From assembly GCA_017511265.1 (NCBI GenBank), contig JAFWKV010000001.1, forward strand, positions 553 to 64,552: a stretch of DNA of 64,000 bases, read 5' to 3'. The translations under genes and the position numbers were made by a program. Shown here one piece after another: positions 10,620 through 18,990 of the stretch; within the stretch, counting starts at the first letter, position 1, and each line of letters opens with the position of its first letter. Under the pieces are notes generated by a model, which was not told the origin of the DNA, did not search any database, and saw only the letters and a list, made by a program, of their open reading frames with translations. Source of the DNA: Clostridia bacterium. Lineage in GTDB: Bacteria > Bacillota > Clostridia > TANB77 > CAG-508.

Positions 10620-10823
10620 AACAAAATTAAAGGCATAAATCTAGCAGGAGATGTATATATATAAATAAAGAAAATCTGCGTAAGCGACCAAACGAGCGTA
10701 GCGAGTGCGATTGGAGCAAGCTACAGACCAGCAATTTTCAGTTCGGAGCTTGCGACACACAAAGATTTTCGTATTTATATATATACATCTCCTGCTAGAT
10801 TTATGCTTTTAATTTTGTTTTTA
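10617..10823. repeat. ~200-bp palindromic element spanning stop codon to stop codon between the xer gene and dpaB
   Basis: The arms TAAAACAAAATTAAAGGCATAAATCTAGCAGGAGATGTATATATATAAATA and its near-perfect complement enclose a G+C-richer ~80-bp core. The core contains AACGAGCGTAGCGAGTG, a string shared with the 13.2-kb element. Confidence 0.8.
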
Positions 10824-11405
10824 CAATAGCATAGGCTGTATTTGTTCACCTTTTAGTGCATATTCAATTGTTTTACAAATGTATTCCGGATCAAAGACTA
10901 TAGACCTAGGCTTTGTTATAGGATTATCTTGCCTGAAAGGTACAAAATAATAATTTTTTCTATTTAACAATTTTCCTATATTTTCAGCATTTCCACTTAA
11001 TCCATTATTTGTCGATGGAGCAATTACTAGTGAATTTTCATTTCTCAAATGCGATTTTGCAGCCATAGTGGCTGGCGTATCTATAATATCATTGGCTAAT
11101 TTTGCCATTGTATTTCCTGAAGCTGGTGCAACAATCATAATATCTGTAAGTTTTTTAGGACCTATTGGTTCAGCATCTTGTATTGTGTGTATTATTTCAT
11201 TTTCTGTTATTTCTTCTATTTCATCAATAAAATCTTTTGCTTTTCCAAATTTAGTATCTTGGTTGTATGCATTATATGACATAATTGGTAAAACATTTGC
11301 TCCTTTTTTAACTAATTCTTTTATTTTAGGGATAGTTTTGCTAAATGTACAAAACGAACCTGTAAGTACAAATCCAATTTTTATACCATCAAAATTCAAT
11401 ATCAT
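10821..11405 (-). CDS. dpaB: Dipicolinate synthase subunit B (SpoVFB)
   Basis: Flavoprotein-type sequence with IGFVLTGSFCT, APASGNTMAKLANDI and YFVPFRQDNPITKP, typical of DpaB. I prefer the start at MILNFDG (RBS AAAGGGGGAG). Confidence 0.8.
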   Translation of the reverse strand: MILNFDGIKIGFVLTGSFCTFSKTIPKIKELVKKGANVLPIMSYNAYNQDTKFGKAKDFIDEIEEITENEIIHTIQDAEPIGPKKLTDIMIVAPASGNTMAKLANDIIDTPATMAAKSHLRNENSLVIAPSTNNGLSGNAENIGKLLNRKNYYFVPFRQDNPITKPRSIVFDPEYICKTIEYALKGEQIQPMLL

Positions 11406-11517
11406 CTCTCCCCCTTTCATATTATCTCTTATATAATATGAAAGTTATGTAAATTATGGGATAGAGTTAAAAATATTTAATCAAGGAGTAGAATACATAT
11501 TCTACTCCTCTTTTTTC

Positions 11518-11811
11518 TTACATTTTCAGTTCTTTTAGCATTCTTTTTATTAATTGAGTACATGTTAAGTAACACATTACTGAAAATCCAATACTTGTTA
11601 CAAACATAGCCCACTGTAGTAATATAAGAGAAGCTATAGCTATTGCTAAACAATAAGTTAAGCAATACCACCAGAATAAAAATACTTTCTTTGTTTTTTC
11701 AAAATCATTAAGAAGCAATCTCCAGCCTGTAGTTTTTAACTCATATATACTGCATAGACACAATATAAGTAACTCTGACATAAGTAGACCTAACATTATT
11801 GCATTACTCAT
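11518..11811 (-). CDS. Hypothetical small membrane protein
   Basis: A 97-aa hydrophobic ORF. The alternative-frame ORF 11477..11671 is probably spurious. Confidence 0.45.
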   Translation of the reverse strand: MSNAIMLGLLMSELLILCLCSIYELKTTGWRLLLNDFEKTKKVFLFWWYCLTYCLAIAIASLILLQWAMFVTSIGFSVMCYLTCTQLIKRMLKELKM

Positions 11812-11921
11812 TTTTTCTCCTTAATATTATATTGAACAATTAATGCAAGAATATATTTTCAACTTCTTAAATAAAAGAAGTTGGTAAAAAGATTTACCAA
11901 CTAATTATATCATTTAATTAC

Positions 11922-13115
11922 TTATTTTGCAATCATTCTAACAGTTTCTTTAGCAATCATAAGCTCCTCATTTGTAGGAACAACCCAAATTTTTACCTTT
12001 GAGGAATCTTTAGAGATTTCTTTTTCTTCTCCTCTACAATTGTTTTTATCTTCATCAATTTCAATGCCCATAAATTCAAGTTGTTTGCAAATATTTTTAC
12101 GCACATTAATTTGATTTTCTCCTACTCCTCCAGTAAATACAACTGCATCTATTCCCCCCATTGCGACAGCATATTTAGCAATATATCCTGCAATAGAATA
12201 TGTAAACATCTTCATTGCAATTGCTGCCATTTCATTATCTCCATAAGAAGCTAATTCTATTTCTCTAAAGTCAGGTGCCATACCAGATACTCCAATTAGG
12301 CCTGATTTCTTATTTAACATATTCTCAACTTCATCTGCAGTCATATTTTCTTTTTTCATTAGATAAGTTACAACTGATGGGTCTAGCTCGCCACTTCTTG
12401 TAACCATTGGAATTCCGCCAAGTGGAGTAAGTCCCATAGATGTGTCTATTGATTTGCCACCATCGACAGCACAGATGCTTGAACCTTGTCCTAAATGACA
12501 TGTTACTACTTTTAAATCTCTTCTATCTGCATTCATTAATTCTGCTAATCTAATTGAAACATACATATGTGATGTGCCATGGAATCCATATTTTCTTATT
12601 CCATATTTTTCATAATATTCATATGGAATTGGATATATATATTTCTCTTTAGCAATTGTTTGGTGGAATGCTGTATCAAATACCCCAACATTTACTTTAC
12701 CTGGCATTTCTTTTTGTATTACTCTTATTCCCTTTATTTGTGGTGGATTATGTAATGGTCCAAGGTCTGAACATTCTTCTAATACTTTTATTACATCTTC
12801 GTCTATAACAACTGTTTCTGTAATTTTTTCTCCACCATGTAACAGTCTGTGTCCTACTGCTGTTATTTCGTCTAAGCTGTCTATTACTTTATATTCCGGA
12901 TTTGTAAATTGCTTTAGTGTATAGTTTATTGCTTCTGAATGGTCAATTGCTACATGATTAATTGTTTTCTTTTGGCCACATGCTTTGTGTGTTATAAATG
13001 ATTCTTGCTCTCCTATTCTTTCGTATTTTCCTGAAGCTATTACTTCTTCTGTTTCCATATCGATTAATTGGTATTTTAGTGATGAACTACCACAATTTAA
13101 AACTAATATTTTCAT
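11922..13115 (-). CDS. ackA: Acetate kinase (paralog 1)
   Basis: MKILVLNCGSSSLKYQL N-terminus, with GFHGTSH and VPTNEE motifs. Confidence 0.9.
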   Translation of the reverse strand: MKILVLNCGSSSLKYQLIDMETEEVIASGKYERIGEQESFITHKACGQKKTINHVAIDHSEAINYTLKQFTNPEYKVIDSLDEITAVGHRLLHGGEKITETVVIDEDVIKVLEECSDLGPLHNPPQIKGIRVIQKEMPGKVNVGVFDTAFHQTIAKEKYIYPIPYEYYEKYGIRKYGFHGTSHMYVSIRLAELMNADRRDLKVVTCHLGQGSSICAVDGGKSIDTSMGLTPLGGIPMVTRSGELDPSVVTYLMKKENMTADEVENMLNKKSGLIGVSGMAPDFREIELASYGDNEMAAIAMKMFTYSIAGYIAKYAVAMGGIDAVVFTGGVGENQINVRKNICKQLEFMGIEIDEDKNNCRGEEKEISKDSSKVKIWVVPTNEELMIAKETVRMIAK

Positions 13116-13141
13116 TAAAAAATCCTCCTTATTTTTTTATT

Positions 13142-13347
13142 TCAAGTTATAATATAAAAAATTTATGCGACTCCTTGTTCATTACATTCGGATAGAAATT
13201 GTATTGCTAAAAAATGAGCCTCTTTCACTTAGTCCTCACTCGCTACTCTCGTTCGACGTGAACATCCCTCATTTTTGTAGCTTTACAATTTCTAATCCTC
13301 ATTTCAATCAAGCGTCGTCTTCTAAATTCTTTTATATTATAACTTGA
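13142..13347. repeat. Imperfect palindromic interspersed element between the two ackA genes
   Basis: Arms are TCAAGTTATAATATAAAA...AGAAATTGT...AAAATGAG. Strings of 18-19 nt (AAAATGAGGGATGTTCAC and AAAATGAGCCTCTTTCACT) recur, inverted, in the core of the 32.5-kb element. Confidence 0.75.
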
Positions 13348-13369
13348 AATTAATAATCAATAAAATATA

Positions 13370-14569
13370 CTATTTATTTTTTATAATTTCTAGAGTTTCT
13401 TTTGCAATTTGGAGTTCCTCGTTTGTAGGAACAACCCAAACTTTAATTTTAGAATCAGGCGTTGAAAGTTCTGCTTCTTCTCCTTTAGTTTGCTTATTTA
13501 ATTCTTGATCAATTTTTACTCCAAATACTTTTAAGTGCTTACATATTTGTTTTCTGTCTAAAACTGCTTTTTCGCCTACTCCAGCGGTAAATGTAATAAC
13601 ATCAATTCCACCCATTGCAACTGCACATTTTGCAATGTTTTGTGCTACTGTGTAATCAAATACATCTAAAGCAAGTGTTGCATGTGCTCCACCTGAAATG
13701 CTGTCTAATTCCACATCTCTAAAATCTAAAGATATTTGTGAAATTCCATAAACTCCAGATTTTTTATTTAGGATATTATCCATTTCTTCTGGTGTAGCAT
13801 TTAGCTTTTTCATTAAATATGTAACTACCGATGGATCTAAATCTCCACTTCTTGACCCCATGCAGAGTCCTCCAAGGGGTGTAAGACCCATTGTTGTTTC
13901 AACACATTCACCATTTTTAATTGCTGCTAAACTTGCTCCCTGTCCTAAATGACAATTTACAATTTTTAAGTCTTTAATATCTTTATTCATAAGTTCAGCA
14001 ACTCTGTTAGCAACATATTTATGAGATGTACCATGAAATCCATATTTTCTTATATGATATTTTTCATAATATTCATAAGGTATTGGGTATAAATATCTTT
14101 CTACAGGTATTGTTTTATGAAATCCTGTATCAAAAACAGTTACCATTTTTACGTCTGGAGCTACTTTTTGGCAGGCTCTTATTCCTGCGACGGCAGATTT
14201 ATTATGTAATGGCGCTAATTCTGCAACTCTTTCAATTTCATTAATTACATCTTCTGTTACTAAACAAGCATCTCTTAAGTTTTCTCCACCATGAACTATT
14301 CTATGCGCAATTCCGCCTAATTCGTCCATATTTTTTAGCACTCCATAATGCTTGTTCAATAATCTTGATAGTATAAATTTAATGGCTTTTTCGTGATTTG
14401 ATACTTGATGCTCAAAATGATGTTTAACATTATTTACTTTGTGTGTCAAAAATGAGTTAGGTTGTCCAATTCTTTCAAAGTTGCCTTTTACAAGCATTTT
14501 TTCTGTTTCCATATCTATTACTTGATATTTCATAGAAGAACTGCCTGAATTTATTACTAATATTTTCAT
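13370..14569 (-). CDS. ackA: Acetate kinase (paralog 2, diverged)
   Basis: Same family motifs as paralog 1. By eye it is about half to two-thirds identical to paralog 1. Confidence 0.9.
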   Translation of the reverse strand: MKILVINSGSSSMKYQVIDMETEKMLVKGNFERIGQPNSFLTHKVNNVKHHFEHQVSNHEKAIKFILSRLLNKHYGVLKNMDELGGIAHRIVHGGENLRDACLVTEDVINEIERVAELAPLHNKSAVAGIRACQKVAPDVKMVTVFDTGFHKTIPVERYLYPIPYEYYEKYHIRKYGFHGTSHKYVANRVAELMNKDIKDLKIVNCHLGQGASLAAIKNGECVETTMGLTPLGGLCMGSRSGDLDPSVVTYLMKKLNATPEEMDNILNKKSGVYGISQISLDFRDVELDSISGGAHATLALDVFDYTVAQNIAKCAVAMGGIDVITFTAGVGEKAVLDRKQICKHLKVFGVKIDQELNKQTKGEEAELSTPDSKIKVWVVPTNEELQIAKETLEIIKNK

Positions 14570-14572
14570 TAA

Positions 14573-15571
14573 TTAATTTTCTCCTTTTTGTGATTGTACA
14601 GCAGTAATAGCAACAACACCTGCAATATCTTCTGCTGAGCATCCTCTAGATAAATCGTTTACAGGCTTTGCTATTCCTTGGCAAATTGGTCCATATGCAT
14701 TTGCTTTTGCTAAACGTTGCACTAGCTTGTATCCAATGTTTCCTGCATTTAAATCAGGAAATACTAATACATTTGCTTCTCCCTTTAAAATACTATTAGG
14801 AGCCTTTAGTTCTGCAACCTCAGGAACAATGGCACTATCTAATTGTAATTCCCCATCTAAAATTAATTCTGGATAATTCTCTTTTGCAATTTTGGTTGCA
14901 TTTACAACTTTATCAACATCTTTTCCACTACCATGAGTTGAATATGAAAGCATTGCAACTTTTGCATTTGAGCCTGTTAAACTTTCAAAACTTTTAGCTG
15001 ATGAAGCTGCTATTTCTGCTAATTCTTCTTCATTGGGATTTGGGTTTAATCCACAGTCTGCAAATACAAATGTACCATTGTCACCATATTCGCAATTTGG
15101 TACTTCCATTAAGAAAAAGGCAGATACTAATTTTGTTCCAGGAGCAGTTTTAAGAATTTGTAGTGCTGGTCTTAAAGTATCAGCTGTTGAATGTATTGCT
15201 CCTGACACTAATCCATCTGCTTCTTCTTGTTTTACCATCATCATTCCATAGTATACTGGATCTAAAACTAATTCTTGGGCTTGCTCTATAGTCATTCCTT
15301 TATGTTTTCTTAGTTCATATAACTTTTCAGCATATTCTTCTTTTTTTGCTGAACTTTCAGGTTCAACTATTGTAGCTTTTGAAATGTCTATACTGTTCTC
15401 GTTAGCTAGTTTTGTTATTTCATCTTTTTTTCCTACTAAAACAATATGAGCAAAGCCTTCATTTAAAACCATTTGTGCTGCTTTTATTGTACGTATGTCA
15501 CTTGCTTCTGGTAATACTATGGTTTTAACGTCAAGCTTTGCTCTTGTTTTTATGTTTTCAATAAAGTTCAT
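14573..15571 (-). CDS. pta: Phosphate acetyltransferase
   Basis: Typical Pta sequence (IVLPEASD, GLVSGA, ANVLVFPDLNAGNIGYK). I chose the start at MNFIENIK, behind RBS GGGAGGAG. Confidence 0.9.
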   Translation of the reverse strand: MNFIENIKTRAKLDVKTIVLPEASDIRTIKAAQMVLNEGFAHIVLVGKKDEITKLANENSIDISKATIVEPESSAKKEEYAEKLYELRKHKGMTIEQAQELVLDPVYYGMMMVKQEEADGLVSGAIHSTADTLRPALQILKTAPGTKLVSAFFLMEVPNCEYGDNGTFVFADCGLNPNPNEEELAEIAASSAKSFESLTGSNAKVAMLSYSTHGSGKDVDKVVNATKIAKENYPELILDGELQLDSAIVPEVAELKAPNSILKGEANVLVFPDLNAGNIGYKLVQRLAKANAYGPICQGIAKPVNDLSRGCSAEDIAGVVAITAVQSQKGEN

Positions 15572-15676
15572 CTTTTTTTCTCCTCCCATTTTTTTCACAA
15601 CTATTATACATATATTTTGTAAAAAAAACAAGAGATTTTAAAAATCTGCTAATTTAAGCAAATTCTTTTTTTAATA

Positions 15677-15942
15677 TTATTTATAAACTTCTATTCTATG
15701 TCCAATTTCTAATACTAGAATTGTAATTTTTTCATCCTGTATTTCACATATTAGTCTATAATCTCCTATTCGATATCTCCATTGTCCAATTCTATTAGAA
15801 GTTAATCCTTTTCCGTGAATCCTAGGATTTTCGCATCCCTCTAAATTTTTTTCTATCCATCCAATTATTAAAGATGCTGTATATTTATCCATTTTTTTAG
15901 TTGCTTTATTGCTCTATCTGTTAATATCACTTTATAGTTCAT
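15677..15942 (-). pseudogene. RelE/ParE-family toxin, frameshifted in an A7 run
   Basis: The 71-aa ORF carries the toxin core (YRIGDYRLICEIQDEKITILVLEIGHR). The true N-terminus MNYKVILTDRAIKQLKK starts at 15942, directly after the antitoxin stop. It is in another frame, and one more A at 15892..15898 would fuse the two. Confidence 0.75.
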
Positions 15943-16161
15943 CTATAATCCTAGCTCCTCCTTTGCTTCCTCAATTGTATATGTTTTAGGATTTTTCTTA
16001 TATTCTTTCATAGCTTTTTCATAGCTTTTTAAATCATACTCATCTTCTATTTTTTCAATGATAGCTTTTCTTATTAAATCTGATAAAGACATATTATTTA
16101 TTTTTGCATAAGATTTTATTAGTTTCTCATCTTCTTCATTTAATCTTACTGAAACTGTCAT
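15943..16161 (-). CDS. Ribbon-helix-helix antitoxin (RelB/DUF6290-like)
   Basis: MTVSVRLNEEDEKLIKSYAKINNMSLSDLIRKAI is an RHH fold signature. RBS GGAGAG precedes the ATG at 16161, and the stop abuts the toxin ATG. Confidence 0.7.
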   Translation of the reverse strand: MTVSVRLNEEDEKLIKSYAKINNMSLSDLIRKAIIEKIEDEYDLKSYEKAMKEYKKNPKTYTIEEAKEELGL

Positions 16162-16277
16162 TTTTATCACTCTCCTTGTAATACAAGGTACTACATTCTC
16201 GTTTCTTTGTCAATAGTTTATTTTATTATTCTACACATTAAATTGTGAATTTATACTTTTAAAAAAATTTAAATGAG

Positions 16278-16307
16278 TTGATATTTTTCCCAAAATAATG
16301 ATATAAT
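16278..16307 (+). promoter_or_regulatory. Putative promoter of the dGTPase-like gene
   Basis: TTGATA, an 18-nt spacer, then TGATATAAT (extended -10). Confidence 0.45.
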
Positions 16308-16328
16308 CAACGCAAAAGGAGGTTTTTT

Positions 16329-17534
16329 ATGAATAAGTTATTTGAAAAAGAAAAAGCAGACGAAAATAATCCCAAATGGCAAAATATGATATCAAGAGAA
16401 CAACCATTATATGTTAGAAACAACAGCTTACGCTCTGAATTTGAAAGAGACTATACTAGAATAATCAATAGTAATGGTTATAAAAGATTAAAACACAAAA
16501 CACAAGTGTTTTTCAGACCTAAAAGCGACCATATATGTACTAGAAGTGAGCACGTTACACTTGTAGAATCTATCAGTCATACTTTAGCACATAATATGGG
16601 ACTAAATGAAGAACTAACAAAAGCCATAGCAACTGCACATGATATTGGCCACAGCCCATTTGGCCATGCCGGAGAAAAAATATTATCTCAAATTTCTCAA
16701 AGAGATTGTGGATGTACATTTTGGCATGAAAGAAATGGCATTAATATGTTAGATAATATAGAATTGTTAGAAGATTTAAATTTAGACAGAGAAAATTTAA
16801 ATTTAACTTATGCTGTACGTGATGGCGTAATTTCACACTGTGGCGAAATTGATGAAAATTCATTAAAACCACGTGACGAATTTATTAATTTATATGATTA
16901 CACATATCCAAATCAATATGCACCATATACTTGGGAAGGATGCGTTGTTAAAGTTTCGGATAAAATTTCTTACATCTGTAGAGATATTGAAGATGCAATA
17001 AGATTGCATATAATTGATAATGAATTAGATGATTTATACAATATTTTAAAATTGCCTAAAGGCACAAAAATAAATAATACAACAATAGTTAATGAATTAA
17101 TTTATGATTTGTACCAAAATTCTACACCTAAAAAAGGTTTATGCTTCTCAAAAGAAAAGTTTGATTTGCTAAACAATATTAAAAAGTTTAATTATGAAAA
17201 AATATATGGTTCAAAAAAAGTAAGAAAAAGTGACAAATATTTTTCTTTGATTATAAACGAATTTTATGAACTATTAAAAAGCGCTTATGATGGATCAAAT
17301 ACACTGGAGCACTTAAGAGAGTTGCAACACTTCTACCCTACTTTAATTGAAACATTTATTGATTGGATTTCGTGTTATTGGAATTTAACAGATAGAACTA
17401 ATTCAAATTTAAAAAACAAAATAATTTTTAACATAGATAATAAGCAAGATTATTACAAGGCTATTATTTACTTCATTTCAGGCATGACTGATAACTTTGC
17501 AATTGATACTTATATGGAGATGATCAGCTTTTAA
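16329..17534 (+). CDS. dGTP triphosphohydrolase-like HD-domain protein
   Basis: FERDYTRIINSNGYKRLKHKTQVF, RSEHV and HDIGHSPFGHAGE are hallmark Dgt-family motifs. Confidence 0.85.
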   Translation: MNKLFEKEKADENNPKWQNMISREQPLYVRNNSLRSEFERDYTRIINSNGYKRLKHKTQVFFRPKSDHICTRSEHVTLVESISHTLAHNMGLNEELTKAIATAHDIGHSPFGHAGEKILSQISQRDCGCTFWHERNGINMLDNIELLEDLNLDRENLNLTYAVRDGVISHCGEIDENSLKPRDEFINLYDYTYPNQYAPYTWEGCVVKVSDKISYICRDIEDAIRLHIIDNELDDLYNILKLPKGTKINNTTIVNELIYDLYQNSTPKKGLCFSKEKFDLLNNIKKFNYEKIYGSKKVRKSDKYFSLIINEFYELLKSAYDGSNTLEHLRELQHFYPTLIETFIDWISCYWNLTDRTNSNLKNKIIFNIDNKQDYYKAIIYFISGMTDNFAIDTYMEMISF

Positions 17535-17535
17535 G

Positions 17536-17690
17536 TGCTGTATTTTGGGACGGGGCGACAGGTGATGCCTTGGGGACGGAGGAAAAAGTATCACCTGTTT
17601 AAAATGTTAAATCTAGTTAAAATATAAACAGGTGATACTTTTTCCTCCGTCCCCAAAGCATCACCTGTCGCCCCGTCCCAAAATACAGCA
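17536..17690. repeat. 155-bp modular palindrome (GGGAC-module family)
   Basis: The left arm TGCTGTATTTTGGGACGGGGCGACAGGTGATGCCTTGGGGACGGAGGAAAAAGTATCACCTGTTTA has a near-perfect complement on the right. It starts 2 nt after the dgt-like stop. Confidence 0.9.
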
Positions 17691-17706
17691 GACACTTTTC
17701 CTTTTC

Positions 17707-18378
17707 TCAATCTCTCCTAGCAATCAAAGCATTAATGTGTATTCCTTGCTCAGAAAACATTTTTTCATGCTCAGTTTCAATATTATCAATATCTTCCCAA
17801 AAGTTATCTTCTTTATGTAGATCATAAGTCTTTTTTATAACTTCAAACCCAGATTCTTCAAAATAAATTAAACTTGAATTAAACAAATCAATATCATCAG
17901 TTTTAAAATAAACCTCTCCTCCTGGAGTTAAAAACTGCTTATACTTTTCAAGCTGTCTTGTATGAGTTAAACGTTTTTTTCTATGCTTGCCCTTTGGCCA
18001 AGGATTACAGAAATTAATATAAATTCGTTCTATTTTATCCTGCTCTCCTAAAATAAGTAGTATTCGTTCTATATCAAATCTTGTTAGCACTAAATTGTCA
18101 ACCTCTTTGTTAGCATCTTTATAAGACTGTTCAACATTTCTTTTTGCTAAGCCTAGCATAGCATCAACCAAATCAATTGCAATATAATTTATATTTTGAT
18201 GTTCTACTGCTAATTTTGATATAAACTGGCCCTTTCCACATCCTAATTCTAAGTGTATGGGTTGTTCAGGTTTAGCAAAAAAATTTCTCCAATTTTCCTT
18301 CCAATTTTCTGGGTCATCTACATAAAATTTACTCGCTTCTAATTCTGGTCTAGCCCACTTCTTATATCTAATTCTCAT
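17707..18378 (-). CDS. trmB: tRNA (guanine46-N7)-methyltransferase
   Basis: HLELGCGKGQF SAM motif and the FCNPWPK motif, with typical length. Confidence 0.9.
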   Translation of the reverse strand: MRIRYKKWARPELEASKFYVDDPENWKENWRNFFAKPEQPIHLELGCGKGQFISKLAVEHQNINYIAIDLVDAMLGLAKRNVEQSYKDANKEVDNLVLTRFDIERILLILGEQDKIERIYINFCNPWPKGKHRKKRLTHTRQLEKYKQFLTPGGEVYFKTDDIDLFNSSLIYFEESGFEVIKKTYDLHKEDNFWEDIDNIETEHEKMFSEQGIHINALIARRD

Positions 18379-18920
18379 TTACTTCCCTCACAATGCTTTT
18401 TATATAATGCTTTAATATTTTTTCTCTTTAATGTTGCATTTATCCCATTTTCAGCAACTTGGTCAAAAACTTCTGTAAGCATTTCTGATACATTTTGATT
18501 TAATTTTGTATTATATTTTTCCTTTGCCCAATACTCAGCTTCTGACTTCAATGTCCAATTTTTACCATTGTAGATTTTGCTTGCTGAAAGTTTATCACAA
18601 ATCATTTCTGCTACATATTTATAAGGAATCATAGGTGTTTTGTTCGTAGCCGCTTCATCATACCAATATTCAGGGTGATGTCTATTTCTTCCTTTATGAT
18701 GAAGCCACGCTTTTGAATATCCATTTTGCTTTTTGCATTCAGTTATTGGGCTATATGTTCCCTTGTAATATTTAATACTTTCCAAAAACTCTGTAGGAGA
18801 AAATTTTGACCAATCATGCATAAAACCTCTAAATGGAATACCTATTTTACAACAGAATATAAATACATACCATTTGTGGCGCATTACTAATACTGTATGT
18901 TTTACTACATTTTTTACCAT
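18375..18920 (-). CDS. Conserved hypothetical protein (possibly DUF5662-like)
   Basis: The ORF overlaps trmB by 4 nt. It has HDWSKF and HHKGRNRHHPEYW motifs. The family assignment is from memory only. Confidence 0.45.
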   Translation of the reverse strand: MVKNVVKHTVLVMRHKWYVFIFCCKIGIPFRGFMHDWSKFSPTEFLESIKYYKGTYSPITECKKQNGYSKAWLHHKGRNRHHPEYWYDEAATNKTPMIPYKYVAEMICDKLSASKIYNGKNWTLKSEAEYWAKEKYNTKLNQNVSEMLTEVFDQVAENGINATLKRKNIKALYKKHCEGSK

Positions 18921-18990
18921 AATAACCTCCGTTTACTTTTTATATTATATCAAATATTATTAAATTTTCAAGAATTAAAAATATAAGCTA

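Noticed and set aside
11068-11436. 122-aa + strand ORF, and similar antisense ORFs inside plsY, der, mutS, prkC, the ABC transporter and the giant gene.
   Set aside because: All are antisense to, or out of frame with, genes that carry clear family motifs. They are hydrophobic or low-complexity and lack start signals.
13165-13347. 60-aa + strand ORF between the ackA genes, and a 62-aa ORF at 63175..63363.
   Set aside because: Both lie wholly inside palindromic repeat elements. They have no RBS and show proline/serine-rich repeat translation.
17632-17820. ORF MILFPPSPKHHLSPRPK..., with look-alikes at 52536..52757 and 52473..52730.
   Set aside because: The recurring peptide MILFPPSPK is simply the translation of the GTGATACTTTTTCCTCCGTCCCCAAAG repeat module. 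These ORFs are repeat artefacts, and some overlap real genes (trmB, rsgA).
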